From the NCBI RefSeq assembly GCF_030684315.1, contig NC_081396.1, forward strand, positions 4,030,001 to 4,094,000: a stretch of 64,000 bases of DNA. Reading direction: 5' to 3'. Positions 52,231 to 64,000 of the stretch are shown here, piece after piece. The DNA comes from Stegostoma tigrinum (lineage: Eukaryota). The notes under the pieces were generated by a model. It was not told the origin of the DNA. It worked only from the letters and a program-made list of their open reading frames with translations, and did no database searches. Every line of letters starts with the position of its first letter. The first letter of the stretch is position 1. A program made the translations under genes and the position numbers.

Positions 52231-53439
52231 AAAGTTATGGTTGGGCCTTTACTGGAATTCACAACTCACTGTTTTGTGGCCATCTCATGCCAGAGATTGA
52301 AGACCAGATATTGTATCAAGAAAATTGCATTTGTTGGTCTCAACATTGGTCAGTGCCCTAAGCTCCGTCAAGAATGCTCTTTGCTGCTTTATTTACCAGT
52401 TGGCACATAGTCTGCTCGGAATAACATATTTGTGTGATATCAAGCCCACTTTCCATACATCGCCTGCCTGGCAGGCCTTGCATTGTCTTGACCGAGTGAT
52501 CGCGCCCTTTCTCCCATTCCTACTCCTGTTTGTGTTCAATGCTGTGACAGTTGTGTACATCTAATTGGCTCAGAGGCTGTGGAGAACTTAAAATAGTGAA
52601 GATCCTGAATATGTGAACCATAAGCAGTCCATAGCCCTGATCTTCGTAATCTATCTCAATTTCCTCCTCCTGTGGAACACCTATTTTGTTCGCTTCCTTT
52701 ATTGGTTGATTTCACGTAAGAGTCACATGAGCAGCCTGAACTTGAAAGACCAGCAGTACATCCCGCAAGAAAAATCCAATTCTCTCCATATCATCAGTTC
52801 CTGTAACTGTCTCTTTAACGGTACTGTGACCCAGAACAAGTAACAAGAACAGGCGAAAAAATGCTGATGCGTCCTTTCACCACTCTACCTGTATGGTTGA
52901 AATGGCAAAATAAGTCACCCAAAACACCGCTGTGTTGCCTTTTGGTACAAATGTGTTTGAGAAAAGAAAACGCTCATTTTGAAATTAATAAGTAAGAAAC
53001 ATAAATTGTAAATTAAAGGCAAGAAGTGAAGGAGAGTCAATTCCCTTTCACAAAATGCCAAAGGAAATCTGAATGATCACGAATCTCTTGGGAGAAGTGT
53101 TGCATACCTTCTTAATGGAAGATGAAATACACCCCGTCGTCATTTCATGGAAGAACAAGGCAAGTTATCTCCATAGTCCTGAGTCAATACTTATCTTCAT
53201 GTAGAAAGCGGGAATAGGGTACTGTGTATGATAATCATCCATTATCATAACGACTTGCAGAGTTGACTGGAATATACATACGCTGCTCTTTATCTTCTTG
53301 TCTATGTTTCCATGTTAATAGTGAACAACTAAACTTGGTTTTTGCTTTTTTTTTGTGATCACTGTTCTGGTGTACTGAAACTTTACTCTGTGCACAGTCA
53401 GTGACATGGTTCTTGTTTTACAATAGGAAAGTGTTTAAT

Positions 53440-53782
53440 TTCTTTCTATTCTGTCTTTATTTCATTCTTTCTTTCTTTATTTATTTCTTTATTTCCTCCT
53501 TTCGTCCTTTACTTTATTCCTTTATTTCTGCCTTCCTTTCTCCCTCTCTTTCTTACTTTCTTTTTCTACTTCTTTCTTCCTTCTTCACTTTCTTTCATTC
53601 TTCCTTCCTTCCTTTCTTTATTTCTTGCTTTCTCTCCCTCTTGCTTTCTTTCTATCTCTCCTTCTTTCTTTTTTTCTCTCTTCCTATCTCACTCACTTTC
53701 CTTTTCTCTTTCTTTCTGTCTTTCATTCTTTCCTTCTCTCTTTCTTCCTTTCTTTATTGCCTATTTTCTTTCTTTCCTTCTG
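53440..53782. repeat. Pyrimidine-rich (TTTC/TTCC)n degenerate microsatellite
   Basis: Low-complexity tract; explains the F/L/S-rich ORF at 53401. Confidence 0.95.
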
Positions 53783-53994
53783 TTCATTATAGTTGCAAGA
53801 TAGTTAAGTTGTTGGATTGTAAGGTCTTGAGCTCATCAGAGAAACAGATATTAGAAAATGTGCCTTTTAGCTCACCATTGTTCAAGTATTTGAACACTAC
53901 GAAAGCAGGCTGTGAGTCTTGTTGTTGTCGATACCGTCAGAAATAGCATGTAGTGCAAATAGGTTTGCAGGTACAGCAAAAAATGTAACGTGAA

Positions 53995-54318
53995 GGGTGG
54001 CGTGGTGGCTCAGTGGTTAGCACTGCAGCCTCACAGCACCAGGGACCCGTGTTCGATTCCAGCCTTTTGTAACTGCCTGTGCGGAATTTGCACATTCTCC
54101 CCGTGGTCTGTGTGGGTTTCCTTCGGGTGCTCCGGTTTCCTCTCACATTCCAAACATGTGCAGGTTAGGTGAATCGGCGATGCTAAATTGCCTGTATTGT
54201 TCAGGGGTGTGTGGGTTATTTGGGATGTGTCTGGATGGGATGCTCCAGGTGGTGGTGTGGACTTGTTGTTCTGCAGGGCCTGTTTCCATATTGCAGGGAA
54301 TCTAACCTAATCTAATTT
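53995..54318 (+). mobile_element. HE1-like tRNA-derived (V-)SINE
   Basis: A box gtggctcagtgg, B box gttcgattcc, core tttgcacattctccccgt..gggtgctccggtttcctc, tail tctaacctaatctaat. Confidence 0.85.
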
Positions 54319-55724
54319 AAATTAGTGCTGTATTAAAATCTGAAGAAAGCTGCTGATTTGGGATCATTTAGCAATGAAAATATCAGATGGGCTTGTGTTC
54401 AAAACTTAAATTAAAATATTGCTTAGGTTGATATGTAATATGTTTATAATGATCTGTCAGAAAAAATCTGGACACTGATTAATTCCAGCCTCGATATCCG
54501 ATTTGTAAAAAAAGTGGTGATGGAAATGATATCAAGTTCATTCTATTCCTCAAACTCAACAACATGCTGTTGCAGGTCAGCTTGCTTACACTCCTTCTTT
54601 GCACAGTGGCTCTGTGAGTCCAGTCGGAGGTCAACAGGCTGTTCCTGAACGAAACATCTTGAGACAGAAGAGAGACAGTTTTCCCAGAGAGAGGAAGTGT
54701 TACTGGACACAAAGCATTAACTCTGATTTCCCATCACAAATTCTATCAGACCTGCTGAGATTTTCGAGCAAATTCTGCTTTTGTTCCTATTAAGCAGAAA
54801 TCGTTCACTGTTGGAAATGCCAGTAATGATACTGAAACCGTTATTGTAACAGGATTCGAAACATAATCCTCTCAATGGTTTTTGTTTTTTTTGGGCACGA
54901 ATACGAACTCTCAATTTCGAGAGCTTTCTTGCATTTCTCTGTTTATTTTACCTTTGCAACTATAGTCTGAATGATCAGAGCATAGAAAATCAGAGGTCCT
55001 CTGTCACCACTTCAACTTCTTTGAGTTAACCACAACTCTCTATTGGTGGGAGCAACTTTAGCAGATGCATTATAATCATAACACATTAACAACAATGTTA
55101 AAATAGAGAAGCTTCATTCGAAACTCGAGAGTAGATTCGATTTATTTAAGTCAAGCTTTATGTCTATATCAGGAACAAATAAACAAATTTGCTAGAGAAG
55201 CGCAGCATATGTGAATGAGGAAACAGAGCTAACATTTCGGGTCCAGTGACTCTTCCCCAGAACTGATGCTGCCAGATCTGCTGAGCCTGTCGAGCAAATT
55301 TGTTTTTGTTCCTGATTTACAGCATCCTCAGTTCTTCCAGTTTTTATTTATATCGGCATTGTCTTTTTGTGCCAATAGTTAACAGTTAACATCTGACTGA
55401 ACCTTTGCGACTTCATATTGTTAAAACCTTGTTCCATCCAAACAGTTCAGCTTATCTCTTTATTTAAATGCTTCTCTGCATTAAAATATATTGAAGCCGT
55501 GGCAAGCAAGACTAAATGGATATGCCACAATTTTCCATCAACATCTTGCATTCATTTCAGGATTCAACAATATTTCAGCTGACGGACATACACTTTTGAA
55601 TGACAACAGATGGAGATCTCTCAATTTGCTGTGCGCTGACTGCGCTATGCACGTTTATGATAACCCCATGATTACTCTGCTGTTTTTATAATCCAGGAAG
55701 ATGAGTGATTCCCAGAAATCACCC

Positions 55725-56080
55725 TACATCTTTTTATAAAATAATAGGATCATGGTGTCACTGGCTAGGCAGAATTTATTGCCAAACCTTAATTGACCAA
55801 AGAGCAATCCATAATCAACCACATTGCTGTCGGTCGAGGAGACACATGTAGGCCAGATCAGGAAAGGATGACATTTTCCTTGCCTAAAGGCCACTAATGA
55901 ACCAATTGTTTTATTTTTCCAGACAATCGACTCCGGAGTCATGGTCTCTATTCCAGATATTTTATTGATTTCAAATTCCACCATCTGACATGGTGGAATT
56001 CGAACCCGGATCCCCATAACGTTATTTTGTCTCCAGCTGAACAGTCCAGCGGTAAGAACATTAGGCCATCACCTTTCCTT
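55725..56080 (-). mobile_element. Deu-type (SacSINE-like) tRNA-derived SINE
   Basis: Reverse-complement B box gggttcgaattcc and tttaggcaaggaaaatg core; related copies at about 16.5-16.9, 30.8-31.06 and 38.5-38.8 kb. Confidence 0.6.
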
Positions 56081-56659
56081 GATGTTATTCATATTTCTAA
56101 GCTATTTTCTATCGCTTCACGGAGATCTTTGTTCAAGTATAGAATTGTTATTCTCACGATATCCTTTCTTCTTCCAAACCCTTCCCTATTGTCTATTCAT
56201 TTCATAGATTTTATTTTTCATTTTATACTATCTGCAAGCAATTTCTTTCTTTCTATCTCCAACTATTAATCTCCTTTATTCTGTATTTATTTACTAAAAC
56301 TTGTGTCACCATCTCTCCATCGTTTCAGTCACTGTTGTGTCACTGCTGGTCCCTCGATATCTTTTTTGAAATATACCTTAATTTCTCTCAAGTACTTTCT
56401 CTCTCATTCACTCAATATTTCTTTATTCTTCATTTCCTTCTCTCAATTTATTAATTTTGTTTGTTTTTGTATTGTTGCTCATGGCTCAGATGAACCAGAT
56501 CCCATAGTTTTCTCCCCGATGTGTCACAAAAAGTTCCAACACATTTAAGAGTATGAGATGTCAATAACTGTGTGTATCTGAAATTGAACTTAGGTGCAAA
56601 TTCATGATGATTCGTGATCAGCATGGATTATTCCTTTGAACTCATTGAAAACATGTAAA

Positions 56660-57170
56660 AAGCCCGAAGGCGGGCACTTACTTTTGCCTCGGATGTAGGT
56701 ATGAATTACATAGGGCAAAGGGGAGTGAATGGAGGCGAAGTAGGAAGAGATGAGTTCGTTGTGGCAGGAGCGTGTAGTGACGATGCGTCGGCAGGGATAG
56801 TTGTGCTTACGAATCTTGCGGAGTAAGTATAATTGGGCAGTGATAGGCTGGAGATCTATAAGGTTGGACATCAGGTGGGGGCTTGCGGGGTTATCAGCAG
56901 GAGGACACAAGAAACAATGAGGTCATGGATAATGTCAGACACAATACTTGATTTTTGGGCTTGTAGTGAATTTCGGATGTGGTGTCAAAGATTTGGCTTT
57001 TGGCCTTTGCAACACATAGGTACTTCCTGCAGACAAACACCTCCCCTGATTTTGTCTGCAGGATTGGTGTGGAGAGAGTGGAGAACTGCCCATTCGGAGG
57101 GAGAGAGATAGAATGGGCAAGACGTGTGGCGAAATTGAGGTGGTCATTAATTTCGGAATTCGTGCTTCAA
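56660..57170 (-). mobile_element. Penelope-like RT fragment, decayed
   Basis: LYLLRKIRKHNYPCRRIV..ELISSYFASIHSPL..TYIR resembles the Penelope RT motif YLLPKIHK..GRPIVS. Confidence 0.75.
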
Positions 57171-60100
57171 TAACTGAAGAAACAGTTTCTGGGTGAAACT
57201 ATGTCTGTGTGAACGCTTTGATGAGCTAGACTGGCTCTTCTGTAACAGTCTCAGTGATTAGCAGAGATAGTCGGAGGTGTGGTGTTTAGGTGACAGTCTG
57301 ATCAACTATAATCTGACTGACTGGCAGACCAGGCTAGACTGAATGAATGAGTCATACTCAGATTCCTAATTCGCTTGCATGTATCTGATGTTACAAATAA
57401 CTCAAGAGAATCGTGGAGAAATAGCAAGGATGTGCTCTCACATCATGATAAGTGACCCAGATCCAATTCAGCTCGAAACCAACAGACGACAGGTACTGGA
57501 GATCAGAAATAAAAACAAGAAGATATGGGAAGTCTCAGAAAGCCTGATACATCTATCGAGAGAAAAGAAGAATACAAAAAAAACAGAATTAAACTTTCTA
57601 GTTCAACTTGATTCTCCTTTGGAACCGAATAGAGTTGGTATATTATCAGTTTCAATACAGTTAAACAGGGAAGGCAGGTGGTGTGGGAAGATGAATGAGA
57701 ACAGATGTCCAACTAACAAAAAAGCTGGTGAATGACTTTAGAAACCAAGTATTCCGTCAACTAAACTGAGAAACAATGACAACAGCTGTTAAGAGAACAA
57801 ACCATCGATCAAATGCAAGTGTTGAAAACAGAATGAAAACAATGAATGAAAACAACATCTTGAAAACTAAGACACAGTTTGAGAAGTAATATCTATGTGA
57901 AAATGAAAGATACAGTTCGTGACTTCAATTTATTTAACGCTGAATTGCAAACAAAAGTGAGGAACATTGCAGTAACCTGTGGATATACCCCAAGTGTCCT
58001 TGTACCTTTCGAAATATGTTCCATTACATGGTTTAGAGAATATAATATCATTCACTTGTCACAGTAGATATTGCAGAACTGACACTGTCAGCACTCATGC
58101 AAAGTTAAACACTAGTATTAAGGATTTAATTCTTCTCCGCCTTTTCAATTAATTTTCGACCACTGGCACTGACTGTAATCCATTTCAAGGTGTCTCCAAT
58201 ACAGCGCTGCAGTGAATGGCCTCACCGCTGCACTGGAAACATTGTGTATGGATCATTTCTGACAGATAGTTGGCATCCAAAATCGTTTCTTGCTTTCTTT
58301 CATGACAAAAAAACATACCTGTCTTGTTAAAATGAGCAAGTCTCATCTGTTAAATGATGTTCTGAGTTTTGTCGGTTCTGTCACTCCCCTCCTCTCCTCG
58401 AAATTTTATCCACAAGGAAAAGTAATTACTTCATGTTTTATCCATGACAACACATGGAGCATCAACTATTTCTTGAATTCAGAAATAATTCCCTACTTCA
58501 ACGACCTCGTGTCTGTAGCTCGCTGACACTACAGTTTGTTACTGAGCCATGAGGAGAACAAGGATAGAAATCCGAAACTTACGGCACTCTGCATGTTTGA
58601 GGCACACATGGTTGAACAGGGTGTAACAGAGGTTAAACTGATGATGAAATGTTGTGTACCTTGTCCGTGACACACAATGAGGTAGTCTCAGGAAACAATC
58701 CATCGTATGAAACCATCAAATTAGCTGGATGATGGCGTCCAATTTGTTCTTTCAAACTCACAAACACAGTGTTGAAATATGGATGAAGATGCTCAGATAA
58801 TTCCGGAGCCACCAATAGAATTGCGTTGGCCAATGGAATTCTGGCAATCTTCGCGTTTTAATATTGAGCTCCATAATTGTAGAGCGTGATCACTTCATTC
58901 CATGTTCTTTACCAACTATCAAATCCCTGGCACTCTCATCACACGAGCTGCTTCATCACTGCCAAAACATTTGCATTCACAAATGATCCTTCGTGGTCAG
59001 TTTTTTCTTGCTCCCCAGCTCACCATTCGGCACATCTTTGTCTGCCTAACTGCTGTTCTCTTTGGGATCCATCTCCATCTGTCTCCATCCAACTAAACGC
59101 AAACATCTACCGCAGCCCCACCCCCACTCATTTCATTAGCCTACAGACTTCTGATTCCAGCTGTAGCTAGATCTGAAGAAGCATCACTGGAAAGGAATAT
59201 TGAGCTAGTTTTCTTTCCAAAGATGCCGGCAGACCTTCTTAATTTCTCAATCAATTTCTATTTCTGCATTTCTTTTGAGTTTTGTTGGAATGATAACACT
59301 ATTGTCTATATGTGTATTTCTATAAGCCAGTACTCCATTTCTTTGTCAATTATTTCACGATGTTACCTCATTTCCGTAGTAGATGCTGAAACGTTTGCTT
59401 CATCCCCACAGGCATTCATCTTTTTAAAGGAATCAATAGAAAGATCCAATTTTCTCCTGGAGTGTCAGGCAAATTAGTTTTCCAAATGAGGCAGAATTTC
59501 AATCAATGAGCGATACATGGGTTAAGGGCCATCCTTTATGCATCTGATTGGTTGCAAAAACAGCCTATGGTTTTCAGCCCTCTTCCTAATCAGCTCTTCC
59601 TCTCAGCATGGAGCTGCTATCAATCATCCAAGCCCCACAGTGATCTAGAGCATGCACAGCGGGATGGAAGTAAAGCCTCTGAATGTGCATAGGAGTGAGG
59701 CTGTTCATTGAGTGGGAAGTTTCAATAACATCTCTGGGAGGTCGCCAGTCCCGAATGTCAAGATGCCACTGCTTCCAGAGGTAGAGTTTGTCAAAGATAG
59801 TAGGCCTGTGATTGTCCTGAGAGCGGTCTGAGGCCCCGATTAAGATCCTCTGTGGTCGCACGTGTGTACCGCGGGGCTTCCTGTCGGCTATCTTGATGAG
59901 AACACGGCCAAATGTCATTTCTGTGACAGAATTCCTATTTTGTGTCAGCATTTTGCGTCAGCAAGAGTTTGCCAAATTCACTGTGAGAAGTCTAACTCGG
60001 AGTTTAGTGTATGAGCCCTAAAAACATGAAAAGGGAGTGAGAGTGACATCGAGGGAAAAAAACAAACAAAACCATGTAGATTGTTTTTAAATTAGCTCAA

Positions 60101-61571
60101 ACGAATCTGTCAATTTGTAGGGATGGAGAAGAAACATTCAAGATGTCAGTGACCTGAAGAGAAAACCCGTTGCTCATTGAATGACTTTTCAGTTTGTCAA
60201 CATTCGGGAGAACTGCATCCATAATTGGGATATGATGGGAGAAAACTGAGAGTTGAGGAAAGAAATGGTGAGAAAGGATTTGTATCTCAACCTACAGAAA
60301 CTAGCATTGTTTCATAAGGTTTTTTTTATAATCCTGTACTTATATTGATGTCTTTTGTAACCACCTTTTATCGAGCGGTGAAAGTTTCAGATGGAAATAC
60401 AAACCAAACAATGCATCGAAATTTGACAATTGCCTGAATTACCTGGGCCTGAATGTCATTGATGTTTAAATATATCTTCATTCTTTGGTGTTTTGAAACA
60501 GCTGTTTTCAAAAGGGTTTCGTATTACATGCGTAGGTCCCAGAGTAAGTAAAATATAACAAGCGGAGATATGTTCAGTGAGTCCAGAACAGACAGGTTCC
60601 AGACTCTGCGAAAGATTCCTTTTATTGGAGCTGAATTCGATCTTATGCCACATAGGTCTGAATGTGTCTGTATTTTCGACTGAATGTGACATTTGTGGCT
60701 GATGAGCGTTTTCTTTGGCAAGTCAGGTGGAAATGTACCCATTAGGAACTCAAGGTCTACCGATGTTGGAAGTATTGCGGTTTTAAAAAGAATTGAGTAA
60801 AATTTCTAACTCCATTGTCTGTCTTTAGCAGCCTTCTGGTCGAACAACTGTCGGGATTTTTTATAAATACTTGAAAAAAGACTGTGACCCTTTGTATATA
60901 ACAGAAAAGTTTGATGGCCTGCGGATTACGTCATCAGACGTATCGAGTAACTGATGGCTTTGGATTAATGGGCTGCAAGTTAGCGGAGCATTAAGCTACA
61001 TGACTGCATGAAACACAATCAGGCATAAGTGCTCAACATTTGGCTGTGTTCGGAGCGGGGTGTCCAAGCTTGGGAAGATGTATCATTACCAAGGGCCCTT
61101 GAAGAAAGAATTAAGTAAATGCAAGACTTGCACATATTCATTCAAGATTTATTTACTGTTTCAGACAGCATTTATATCGAAAAGTGTCTGTGGAAATTAC
61201 CAAAAATGAACATAATGACCGAATGCCACAATGAGAACATAATGCATGATTTCTCAGTTCTGAATTTTATGCTCATCGGTAACAATCACCGGAAAAAAGG
61301 ATATACGGGCTCAAGATAAAGGACAGGCAACAATTCTGAATAAGGACTAACACGAGCAAGAACACCAATTGACTCCAAACAATTGTGAAGCTACAAATTA
61401 TTGCAATAATAATTTTCCTGACGATCTCAAACAAGGTAAACTGCGAACCTATCTTTTTTTTTAATTTCTCAGGTACACGCACATAAACTGAACTTCACTC
61501 ACTGCTAGCGTCAACAGCAGCACTGATTGTAAATTTGGAATTCACTAGCCTCGAGAAACATTAAATTTTAT

Positions 61572-61580
61572 TCACTTAAC
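61572..61580 (-). CDS. IgH TM2 exon coding part (VK-stop), completing the KVK tail
   Basis: Acceptor tctttttcag followed by GTT AAG TGA; AATAAA (61572-61567) overlaps the stop codon. Confidence 0.88.
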   Translation of the reverse strand, partial: VK

Positions 61581-61718
61581 CTGAAAAAGAGTGATGAGGT
61601 AATGATTTAGAAATTTATGATCAGGGCATTCAGGTTTTAACTTTAATTCAATGACACACATTGAGATTTCACAAGCCACAATGGTCTGGTGAAGTGTGAA
61701 TGATCTCATTTTTCTCAC

Positions 61719-61846
61719 CTTCACCAGCGTGATGGCAGCACTGTAGAAAATGCCCATGAAGAACAACATGTTGAATGTAGAAGCAGTCGTCCAGATGTTG
61801 CCATTATCATCCTCGAGGTCTTCAATCCAAATATGATCTCTCGAAT
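61719..61846 (-). CDS. IgH transmembrane exon TM1 (IgM-like) of an upstream cluster
   Basis: Acceptor tgttcatag; (D)SRDHIWIEDLEDDNGNIWTTASTFNMLFFMGIFYSAAITLVK; donor GTGAGA at 61718. Acidic spacer plus the WTTASTF...YS...TLVK membrane-Ig motif. Confidence 0.93.
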
Positions 61847-62339
61847 CTATGAACATCAAATCGAGATAACGAATTTTGAATGTTCACTGATCCAACCTGA
61901 TATATCTTTATCGAAATAATGCAATCAGGATTCGTGACACTTTCTTCAAGCCGTGAGGTTGTCCTCTTTTTTTTATTGATCTCTGTCTATTACAGTGTTA
62001 GGTACTGTCAGCAATAACATGCTAACACTAATTGCACATGTTCTTCCTTTGCGATCCATGTCTGAACATTTTGATGCATTGCATCACTTAAACTGTTCTT
62101 GGAGAATACAATCATTGTTGTCTTTCTAGGAATGCTGATTGGGGATGCTTATACTAATTCCATCATTATATTTTCAATACAGGCATTGGCTACTGTTAAG
62201 TTGAAAATTGTGGTCATCACTGGGTGAGAGTTCAAATGTGCTTACTCATCATATTTATTCAGATGTGATCAGATGCTTGACAAATCAAGAGCAAAAATTG
62301 GATCCAGAATAAAATATTCTTTTTTTTGGAATGGTCCGT

Positions 62340-63445
62340 TAGTTTATTTATATTTCCAGGCTGGTGTGTGTGTGTTTTTTTCCCTTTATTGTTTGGATAT
62401 GTGGTCATGAGTGTCTCTTACTTCGCACTTGTCCACGTTGAAGCTTATGCATGACTAAATATATTCATGTTGCCTTGGTGCTGGTGTCTGCATTCACATC
62501 TTTGTGTTTGTGTAGATGAATTGTGTTCATTTCACAATGTGTAAGAATCATTATGTTAATGTGACATTTCATTCGTTGAGACCTGTCCTTAATTTCAATG
62601 ATTTTGTTATTTTTCTTTTGTGCAGTGCGATTGAAAATGTGTGTTAATGTATCGATTTCTGATTCGACCAACCTTAGATTATTTTCATGTTTGCACTACA
62701 TAAATATGTCATGTTTGTATGTCCCTTCAAATTTTGAATGAATACTTATGTGATGAAATGATTTCCTTGGAAATTCATCCTAAACCTTTTCCTGATATGA
62801 TTTCCTGTGCTGTTGCACGTGAATATTTGCTGATCTTATGCCATTCACGTTTTGTTCCAAATACTCCACTGTGTGTTGATCGACGCACTTCTGTGTCCAC
62901 ATGTGAGGCTTGTAAATTGTGTGTATATGTGACCGTGTTTATTGGCTAATCAATAACATTTAAAAGTAAGTAATTAAGCTGGCTCTTTCCTCATAACATT
63001 TTATTTCTACAAGTGAGTTAATAATGAGATTAAAATTTATCTCTCCGTTTATGCATATCGATGTGAGTGCACATGTGGGAGGATTTATCTGGGGTATTGT
63101 ATGTGTGTTTACAATTGTATGTCTTTACGTATTATGGTGTATGATTGAATATGCATTCATAAGCATTTGTGTGCTGAAGTGTGTCTATGCTTTTCATGAT
63201 TATGTATAGTTACCATCGTTTATTGGGGTGTGTTTCTATCGATGCACTGGTCTTTGTTGTGTAAGTACATATAACAGCTCATATATCAGATGCAAATATG
63301 CCTCTGCATGTATCCATGTGTGACAGCTGATCTGTATTTGCATTTATGTTTGCACATTGGTATTTCCTTCAGGTGAGATCTTGTATATGTGTGTCATTCG
63401 AGCGTCTGAGTGTTTATCCGTATCTGTGTTTGTTTATGTTTTTAA
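62340..63445. repeat. Degenerate TG-rich (CA-rich on the Ig sense strand) low-complexity tract in the intron 5' of TM1
   Basis: Dense tgtg/tatg/tttg content over about 1.1 kb. Confidence 0.7.
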
Positions 63446-64000
63446 ACTAGACTTTTTTTTCATTGTTTTGCAATGTTAATCGATTTCCAATGAGTATTTC
63501 TGATTCTGATGGTGTCGGGAACATTTTGCTCCGTTACGGGGAGATAAGCACTTTGTGGTTGACGCTTGATGCAACGCAGAATTTCTGACTCCGAGGTAAA
63601 GGCCCGAGATAAGACCTCCACGACGCCAGAAATGTATAACAATATTTCTGAGTATTTTGGATATAAAATATGTCCAAGGCACGTGAAGGAAAATGACATC
63701 CGGTGTTTGTATACCAGAACTGATTCCACGGAGTCCAGGATTTTGAGTCACAAAAGTGGAAAATAAGCTGGAATAATGCCAGTTTGGTTTTGGATTATGC
63801 AGAACAAAAGTTAGATGATTAACGGAACAAGCTTGTCCAACATGCTTCAAAAAGCAGTATGTGGCATGGAAAATTTAAAGCATTGGTCAGTGAGGAAGAA
63901 GCTGACTGTTCCTGGTAGCTATGAAATCACATTACAGTGTGCACACAATGTTAAGACTCGGAAAGGGGAGTAAGCATATCCTCCGTTAATCCTCAAACTC

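Noticed and set aside
53401-53946. 181-aa hydrophobic ORF
   Set aside because: Translation of a pyrimidine microsatellite.
59948-59985. J-type cryptic RSS (gcattttgc-22-cactgtg)
   Set aside because: No WGxG/FGxG or splice donor follows; nonamer is weak.
63460-63850. Minus-strand ORFs upstream of TM1 as a CH or secretory exon
   Set aside because: No Ig-fold motif or convincing splice sites; origin unresolved, likely a decayed repeat.

Overview
Eukaryotic DNA from a cartilaginous fish, probably a carpet/nurse-type shark judging by the VH sequence and repeat families. The window spans parts of two head-to-tail immunoglobulin heavy-chain (IgM-like) clusters, both on the minus strand. (1) At 10.5-12.4 kb is an unrearranged germline unit: TATA, leader exon, VH, D1, D2 and JH, with a complete 23 / 12-22 / 12-12 / 23 RSS set. 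It is followed by more than 10 kb of J-C intron; no CH exon was recognised before the N-gap at 66-208. (2) At 61.6-61.85 kb are the TM1 and TM2 exons of an upstream cluster, about 49 kb from the next leader. The rest is repeat-dominated: CR1 and L2-like LINEs, Penelope-like elements carrying minimal hammerhead ribozymes, HE1- and Deu-type SINEs, a probable solo LTR with 84-bp repeats, a decayed C2H2 zinc-finger pseudogene and an old segmental duplication. Most notable: a non-canonical Cys in both VH FR2 (GLEC) and JH (CFDYW), a stop-free in-frame TM1-TM2 intron, an atypical TM helix, and a 45-bp strand-skewed repeat just downstream of JH. Repeat boundaries are approximate and family assignments are from recognition, not database search.
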